From Fimbriimonadales bacterium (GTDB taxonomy: Bacteria > Armatimonadota > Fimbriimonadia > Fimbriimonadales > ATM1), in the NCBI GenBank assembly GCA_051003155.1, contig JBPCLO010000050.1, forward strand, positions 1 to 43,302: a DNA stretch of 43,302 nt, in the 5' to 3' direction. The notes below the pieces were generated by a model, which had not been told where the DNA came from, ran no database searches, and was given only the letters and a program-made list of their open reading frames with translations. The position numbers and the translations under genes are program-made. Positions 37,415 through 43,302 of the stretch are shown in pieces. Numbering within the stretch: the stretch's first letter is position 1; each line of letters opens with the position of its first letter.

Positions 37415-37859
37415 TTTTGCAGCATTTCTGCTAACGCTCTGTTCGTCGCCATGTTCTATCCGAACGTTGGGCGTCTGGGGTCGGCACTGCCGTGACCTGT
37501 GTCCGACGCCTAATCGGTTACCCTTATACCATACGGCGCCGCATATCTGAGCGGTCCGCGCGGAAGAAGCTGCACGGTATAAAAAAAGGGCGAACGGTCG
37601 CACAACGGGTGGGACTTGCCGTTAGTGGGGAAATCTCGCGCCACTCTATTCGCCCGATCCTGTGGAGATTGCGCCCGGACTCAACACCGGAAGGCTAAGA
37701 CTATGGCCCTGCGATCGACGTAGCGGCATGTCCAAGGGGGAAAGACACCATCTGTAGCCTGCGATTCTGAAGGGCTAAAAGTGGCGTTCATAGCCGTTCG
37801 CCCCTATTCATACATAATGAGAATAGGCTGCCCAGTTCAAATCGGGCTCGGAGAAGACA

Positions 37860-38393
37860 ATGAAACGATTCTTAATGATTTCGACAGCAACGGCGGCCCG
37901 TGGGGAGATAAGGGTAAAGACGGGATTCGCGCATCGTTTGATCGGCGTCACGGTTTGCCTTTTCGCACTGGCAACCGCGGGCGTGGGGCAGGTCACGGAG
38001 TCTTGGGACGCCCTCTACAACGGCGTTGATCATCCTGCGTACGACGATTTGGCTGCGAAGCTGGCGGTGGATACAGCAGGTAACGTTTACGTTACGGGCT
38101 ATTCCTTTGGCGGCCAGGAAACCTATTGGGATTGGGCCGCGGCGCTCTCGGCGTCCGTATGTCTCGGTGAGCCCGAATTGTCCGACGATCCAGCGCCGAT
38201 GCCGGGAGGGGCTCATTGGTATTTCTGGGTCGACCAGTCCAAGGTCGTCATTTGGAACCCAAACTTCGGTGCGAGCTCTATACTTATGACACCCGGTCCC
38301 AGCGCGTATCCGGGCTGCCGAATCTTGCAAGGGAGTTCGCAGCGAGATATGGCGGGCGGTGGCTCATTCCTTCGCCGAATGGCAAATACTTGA
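37860..38393 (+). pseudogene. Truncated paralog of the left-edge beta-propeller gene (leader plus one blade) fused to unrelated sequence
   Basis: MKRFLMISTATAARGEIRVKTGFAHRLIG...GQVTESW...AVDTAGNVYVTGYS; similarity ends near 38135. Confidence 0.8.
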
Positions 38394-39112
38394 TTTGGTT
38401 CGGCTTGACCGGCGACAGGCACATGGTCGTCCTGTGGGACCTTATGAAGGACGGAATGATTCACGAGTGGCCTCGGCTTCGTCAAGGACAGAGTTGGCCG
38501 GCGATGCATCGAGATCCAATTTTGCCGGCAAGCGCACGCAGCCATGTTCAGTGGCTCCGCGATTCAACTGGCGTTCTTGAAAGTACGTGCGAGAGTGCTA
38601 TCGGAGATGAGGTTGATACGGGCGCCGTCTACGTTCGCACGTTGAAGGAGCCTTGGCGGCGGACTGTTCGATGGACCGGCTCGATCCCCGATTCCAAACG
38701 ACCCAGGCTGAACGTGAGGGGCTTCAACCCTGTGGTGCTCTCGGATAATTCCTTGATGCAGAGTTACCATCTTGCGGGTACCGAGACGCCCAAGAGAATT
38801 CTCATTTGGCACAAAAATGGAGCAAAGAGAGAAATCAGCGTCGACTTCGGACGAGGTGCGCTATTGATGAGCTCCGTTTTTAATCAGGGGAACGAGCTGT
38901 TCCTGTGCGAAACTCAGCAGGGTGGACGAGGAAAGGAAAAGGTGGAGCTATGGCTTCTCGACTTGAAGGGGCGCAGGAGAAAAATACACGAGCGGGCAGG
39001 GACGAGCAATGGGATCATGACGCAATGGCTCCCAGGTGGCCGCGAAGTTAGTTATGTTGCGGACGGAATGCTCCACCGAGTACGGGCACCGTTTCGAGTC
39101 ACGGGACGATGA
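38216..39112 (+). CDS. Hypothetical beta-propeller-like protein, probably lacking its true start
   Basis: PSPNGKYLIW and QWLPGGREVSY TolB-like motifs; overlaps the preceding ORF, suggesting a frameshift near 38260. Confidence 0.6.
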   Translation: MVFLGRPVQGRHLEPKLRCELYTYDTRSQRVSGLPNLAREFAARYGGRWLIPSPNGKYLIWFGLTGDRHMVVLWDLMKDGMIHEWPRLRQGQSWPAMHRDPILPASARSHVQWLRDSTGVLESTCESAIGDEVDTGAVYVRTLKEPWRRTVRWTGSIPDSKRPRLNVRGFNPVVLSDNSLMQSYHLAGTETPKRILIWHKNGAKREISVDFGRGALLMSSVFNQGNELFLCETQQGGRGKEKVELWLLDLKGRRRKIHERAGTSNGIMTQWLPGGREVSYVADGMLHRVRAPFRVTGR

Positions 39113-39141
39113 ACATAGAGCTAATTGAAGGCCGCGAATCC

Positions 39142-39774
39142 TCAAGGATTGGGCACCTCGATAGAAGCCCATCGCGTCTGAACTCGGCCGCCGTGATCCC
39201 ACGCCCACATATGGAACTCACCTGTCACGTCCGCCCATCCTCTAAGAGAAACGTAGACCACCGCAACGTACCCATGGCGGAACTTCATATCGTCGGCAAG
39301 GTATTCCATATCGAATGCGCTGACCCGTTGTACGTGCGGTTTCCGTTTTTCTTTGCGCCAATAAGTTCGCGCCTGGCGCAAGCCATTCTTCGCTAAGGCG
39401 TATAAGTTCGCGTCGGCCTTTAGTGCGGCAGAATTAGCTAGCTCATCCCAAGCAACATTGAGCGTATGGACCTTCCAGGTTTTTTCGTCAGGAAGTCCAA
39501 CCGACTTCACGCCCCTCGCCTCAATATAGTGGTACGGCCTAACCTTGGCATCCTTCCTTATTACAATGATGGCGCGCTCTAGATCAGAGCGTTCGACACT
39601 TACGCCGTATGAACGCGAACCCATGATGAGTGCGGGAATCTTCGCGCGCTGCATGAGGTTGCCAACGTGGACGAGGGAGATGCCCATTCCGTCTACGGTG
39701 GCAACCCAATGGAGGTCCGGCTGCTGAGGCTGGGCAGCCCCCATAGCGAAGACGATCGCGAAGATCTTGCCCAT
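39142..39774 (-). CDS. Hypothetical secreted protein
   Basis: 210-aa ORF with a signal-like N-terminus MGKIFAIVFAMGAAQPQQ. Confidence 0.6.
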   Translation of the reverse strand: MGKIFAIVFAMGAAQPQQPDLHWVATVDGMGISLVHVGNLMQRAKIPALIMGSRSYGVSVERSDLERAIIVIRKDAKVRPYHYIEARGVKSVGLPDEKTWKVHTLNVAWDELANSAALKADANLYALAKNGLRQARTYWRKEKRKPHVQRVSAFDMEYLADDMKFRHGYVAVVYVSLRGWADVTGEFHMWAWDHGGRVQTRWASIEVPNP

Positions 39775-39803
39775 CAGCTCAGATTATGGCAACAGCCGCC
39801 GGG

Positions 39804-39979
39804 AAGGTGAAGGAATGTCGATATCGTTCGACGTTGCATCCGAGTAAAGGTGAAGGTCTATTTTAAGGTGAAGGTCGTGAGTGACGACCTTCTGGAGCCT
39901 GTTGACTGGACCCCATCCGAAACCTTTTGGGCGTGGGGCGAGATCCGACGAATTTGGGTCTGGGGCGAGATTCGGCGAA
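39804..39979. repeat. AAGGTGAAGG x3 and an imperfect 27-bp tandem duplication
   Basis: Copies at 39804, 39847 and 39865; 39926-39952 versus 39953-39979 match at 23/27 positions. Confidence 0.7.
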
Positions 39980-40039
39980 AGAAAAAATGACGGCGCTAGT
40001 CCTTCATACTCCGGTGCCCAATCGTTATCAATCTATCCT

Positions 40040-40507
40040 ATGCCTGTCATTCACGTCGAAACCTTTATTGATGCCTCGCCGGAGGTTTGCTTTGACTTGG
40101 CTCGCAACGTCCATGCGCATGTTTCCAGCGCGGAGCGCTCCAAGGAGAAGGTCGTCAGCGCTCCGGAGTCGGGTCTTCTGGAACTCGGTGACGAAGTAGT
40201 TTTCGAGGCCGTGCATTTTGGCGTCAAGCAGCGGCTTCGATCGAGGGTCGTCGAATATGACCGTCCGCGCCGATTCGTCGACGAGATGCAACAGGGGGCA
40301 TTCAAGATGCTGCGGCACGTTCACGATTTCGAGGAGTTGGGGGCAGGCACAAAGATGGTCGATCAAATGACTTTCGAATCGCCTTTCGGGTTATTCGGAG
40401 CTGCCATCGATAGGCTCTTCCTTGCCGGGTACTTGAGCAGGTTCCTGGTGGCTAGAAATTCAGCCCTCAAGAGCATGGCCGAGGCTCCAACGTCGCGCCG
40501 TTCATAG
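40040..40507 (+). CDS. SRPBCC family protein
   Basis: MPVIHVETFIDASPEVCFDLAR...HFGVKQRL...FVDEMQQGAFKMLRHVH. Confidence 0.88.
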   Translation: MPVIHVETFIDASPEVCFDLARNVHAHVSSAERSKEKVVSAPESGLLELGDEVVFEAVHFGVKQRLRSRVVEYDRPRRFVDEMQQGAFKMLRHVHDFEELGAGTKMVDQMTFESPFGLFGAAIDRLFLAGYLSRFLVARNSALKSMAEAPTSRRS

Positions 40508-40586
40508 TGCCGCAAAAGCCGCTCTGAGTTCCAATGGATGAGCGAAGCCATTCCGAAGCGGTCGAGAGATGGTTCGAAGCTGGCCG

Positions 40587-41063
40587 TCAGTCTTGGGCGG
40601 CAGGCAAAGCTAGGAGCCTGTCATCGAAATCTCTGACCAGCCCAGCGTGACCGTCAAGATATCCAACGGCTCTACGACCGTTTGGCCAGGCCCGCGATTC
40701 GTATACAGCTATTACGTGTTCGGGCCCTGCAAATTTAGCGATCCTTGCGCCGGAGATGCGCCCGTTAAAGAGAAGCGCACCCCCGTTCGGATTGTGCGAC
40801 TCGAACGATGACGGGGACAGGTACTTGGCAAGGGCGGCCCTTCGACTCTTGGGTGTGCGCAGGTCGGCCGGCAGGAGTCCGCCGCTATCCGCGGCATACT
40901 GAACAAGTGCTCCGGACAGCCTCTTGGCATTGGCAAGCGTCGTTATTTGCTTTGAGCGTTCAACTGTATATATCGTAGTTGAGTACGAAAACACCACATA
41001 GAGCAACAGCACGAAAAATGATCCCAGAAGTACCGAGACTGTTATGGCTGTTCTCTTTGTCAT
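40587..41063 (-). CDS. Membrane-anchored pilin-like (DUF1559 / H-X9-DG-like) protein
   Basis: N-terminal TM helix; LANAKRLSGALVQYAAD; RAVGYLDGH. Confidence 0.7.
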   Translation of the reverse strand: MTKRTAITVSVLLGSFFVLLLYVVFSYSTTIYTVERSKQITTLANAKRLSGALVQYAADSGGLLPADLRTPKSRRAALAKYLSPSSFESHNPNGGALLFNGRISGARIAKFAGPEHVIAVYESRAWPNGRRAVGYLDGHAGLVRDFDDRLLALPAAQD

Positions 41064-41192
41064 AGCCCTTTTGTGGTGCTGCTTTCTTATCAACTGGGCT
41101 CTTAGCAACTCGCAAGAAGCGCGGCATCGCATCGGCCGCTTACAACACGGCGCGGATAGACCCCTTGGCGTGGCCGTAGGGCACCTTGAGGG

Positions 41193-42233
41193 CTAGGGGC
41201 CAAGGGCCACTTCATAGGCGGAGACGCCCGTTGGGAGGAGGCGCTCGCCGCCCTTACCCGACGACTCGACCACGATCACGCCGCTAGTGCCCACGCCCCG
41301 TTCGCCCTGAATTACGATGAACTTGCCGTCCCTGGTCCATTGGGGGCTGTAGTCATTACCCCAATGATCGGTTAGCCTTCGCCTGCCCGTGCCATCCGCC
41401 GAGACCACATAGAGCTGCCGGAAGCTCGCGTTCGTCATCGGCTCCTGACTGAACTTTGCCTCTAGGAAGCAGAGGCTCGTGCCATTGGGCGACCAACGTG
41501 GCCCTTCAATCATGTTGTTATGGCCCTTTGCGATCGTCCTGATCTTGTGGCTTGAGATGGACATGATGCAAAGTCTGTCGCCCGAGCCCGGACCAGGAGG
41601 CATCTCCATCTTGAACGCGATGTCCTTTCCGTTCGGTGACCATCGCGGCCCACTGAAGCTAGTCTTGAAGGTAGTGAGGCGTTGGCCCTTCTTCCTCATC
41701 GACCTCGTTAGCCAGATGTCAGCGCGGTGATCATCCTCTCCCTCAGTCTCACTGCGGATGTATGCAATCCACTTGCCATCGGGCGAGAAGCTCCGTTCCC
41801 ACATTTGAATTATGGGCTTCGTCATCTTTTTCGTTACAAGGTCGAGCTCGTAGCTGCCGGGTATAGGTCCCTGCCTATGGAAGATGATTCGCTTGCTGTC
41901 GGGCGACCAAGCCCCACTGTCGACACTGTCGAAGACCGGGCCCGAAGTGAGGCGGGTCAGGTGGGTCCCATCCGGCCTGACAGTCCATAGATGGCCATCC
42001 GAACGCAGTTCACCCTTCTTGTGCCCGGGAATCCTCGTGAACGAGATGGTCGAGCCGTTGGGCGACCACACCGGATCATAGTCCCCGGCAGGGCTCGTCG
42101 TGATCTGCTTTAGGCCGGTGCCGTCGAGGTTGATCACGTACAGGCTTTGTTTGCCATTCGCCATTCCGCAAAAGGCCACCTGTTGAGGCGGGGCTAGAGC
42201 GAGGATGGTGGCAAGGATGAGTACGTGGCACAT
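41193..42233 (-). CDS. TolB-like PD40 repeat protein
   Basis: Signal peptide; repeated WSPNG/WSPDS/FSPDG motifs; GGAG RBS. Confidence 0.88.
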   Translation of the reverse strand: MCHVLILATILALAPPQQVAFCGMANGKQSLYVINLDGTGLKQITTSPAGDYDPVWSPNGSTISFTRIPGHKKGELRSDGHLWTVRPDGTHLTRLTSGPVFDSVDSGAWSPDSKRIIFHRQGPIPGSYELDLVTKKMTKPIIQMWERSFSPDGKWIAYIRSETEGEDDHRADIWLTRSMRKKGQRLTTFKTSFSGPRWSPNGKDIAFKMEMPPGPGSGDRLCIMSISSHKIRTIAKGHNNMIEGPRWSPNGTSLCFLEAKFSQEPMTNASFRQLYVVSADGTGRRRLTDHWGNDYSPQWTRDGKFIVIQGERGVGTSGVIVVESSGKGGERLLPTGVSAYEVALGP

Positions 42234-43168
42234 GTGGAGGCTCCTTTCTTCGTATTATGTCTTCGCTTTCCGGTGGCGAGCATCGCGCAGGCTTCCTCGA
42301 TCCGGCCCGTACGCGTCTCCCGTTCGTTGGCTTCCTCTATCCACAGTTTATCGACATGCCATTGGCTTGTGACGTCATTGCCATTCGCCTGCGCCGCTAT
42401 GATGCGCTTGCGCACATCCGCGCGCAGCCGCGCCCAAGCCTCTCTGCTTCCGTCAGCCTTCGGAATCGCATCGATACCGAGTGCTTCCGCCGCGAGGAAT
42501 GCGGCCAAATCCTGCACGCGCTCACTATAAACGTTAGGATGGTCACTCTCGACTTCTTCTGCGGCTGCCGGATTGTCCTTCGACAGTTCGCTCTCATCGT
42601 CGAAGAACTCCATAAGATAGACTAGCCACCTGCGCTTCGCATTCGGCGAATGGTCGGCGTAGGAGCTGTGGTTTATCAACTCTAACCGCAAGCCCACCAC
42701 GGCCTTTTTCGTTACCGCAGAAAGAGCTCTCCAAACATCCTCGGACTCGCTGTGGGCCGCCAGCCGCGCGAATGATGGAAACAGAGATCGCCTATTCCAT
42801 GTCGTAAATCCCGCCGACGGTAACCCATTGAGTGCCTTGGTTACTTCGCGATCAAATATGGCTTGATCAAGGCGCTTCAAGGTCGAAAGCGCCGAGTGGA
42901 CGCGAGTCAGATCCGAGTGCGCCGTACCAAGAAGCGCCATTTCCACCAATGCTTCCTTCGGTTTTAGTGTTTGCTCCATCGCGATCAATATCGAACTTGT
43001 GTCCACGCCGGGTCTAAGCGCCAGAAGCCGTCGGTAGACCTCGGGAAAGATGTCGGGGCAATTCTTCTTGGCCAACCGAATGAGCGCTTCTGACGGCGAG
43101 CCGCGTCGCGTACCGCTCAGCCTGGAAAGACAATGCTCGCGCTCGCCAAGCTGCTCGGCTTTGATCCA
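42194..43168 (-). pseudogene. Hypothetical helical-repeat protein, 5'-interrupted by an IS, with an OmdA/YdeI-like tail
   Basis: Frame stays open from the IS end (43168) without a natural start; tail WIEEANERETRTGRIEEACAMLATGKR. Confidence 0.6.
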
Positions 43169-43302
43169 TGGTCTGCCCCCCTTCTTGAAGACATCTTAAG
43201 AGTAGACCTCCATAGATAATGACAGGGCTGGCGCGGGAGCGCGATAGCCGAGGGACGAGTGGGGCCGCTCTTCGTTGTAGTAGCGGCGGTAGATGCCCAG
43301 TT
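43169..43302 (-). mobile_element. IS3-family element: right end and transposase C-terminus
   Basis: Minus-strand translation LGIYRRYYNEERPHSSLGYRAPA (stop at 43196-43198); terminal IR TGGTCTGCCCCCC starting at 43169. Confidence 0.85.

Larger units (their letters stand above)
32533..37460. mobile_element. Degenerate phage-satellite-like element next to tRNA-Thr
   Basis: Excisionase-like HTH, primase-DUF3631, origin-like inverted repeat and terminase remnants directly after a tRNA. No integrase is seen and the right boundary is uncertain. Confidence 0.7.

Overview
Bacterial, GC-rich chromosomal segment; gene content and protein style suggest Armatimonadota/Fimbriimonadales (inference). A core block (~1.3-32.5 kb) carries tsaE-tsaB-murB, a GRP sugar transporter, an L,D-transpeptidase, a tricorn-like S41 protease, a two-component system, mqnA-recN, pdxT-uppP-wecA-like-dCMP deaminase, tRNA-Leu, secDF, xerC-csrA, ymdB and a beta-propeller-dprA-nagA-kimA-STAS/USP-hutI-tRNA-Thr cluster. 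The left flank holds a 159-bp-repeat beta-propeller gene missed by the ORF track, followed by a 20-nt tRNA-Phe-like fragment (possible att site). The right flank is an eroded island at tRNA-Thr: excisionase, primase-DUF3631 with an internal inverted-repeat origin candidate, terminase remnants, chimeric cargo genes and an IS3 end. The top finding is that the two sensor-kinase ORFs (11163-11798 and 9663-11144) are one reading frame broken by a single TGA. That TGA sits at the conserved GAF-domain cysteine position and is followed by a bacterial SECIS-like hairpin, making this a candidate selenocysteine-containing redox-sensing histidine kinase. A plain nonsense mutation or base-call error is the alternative.
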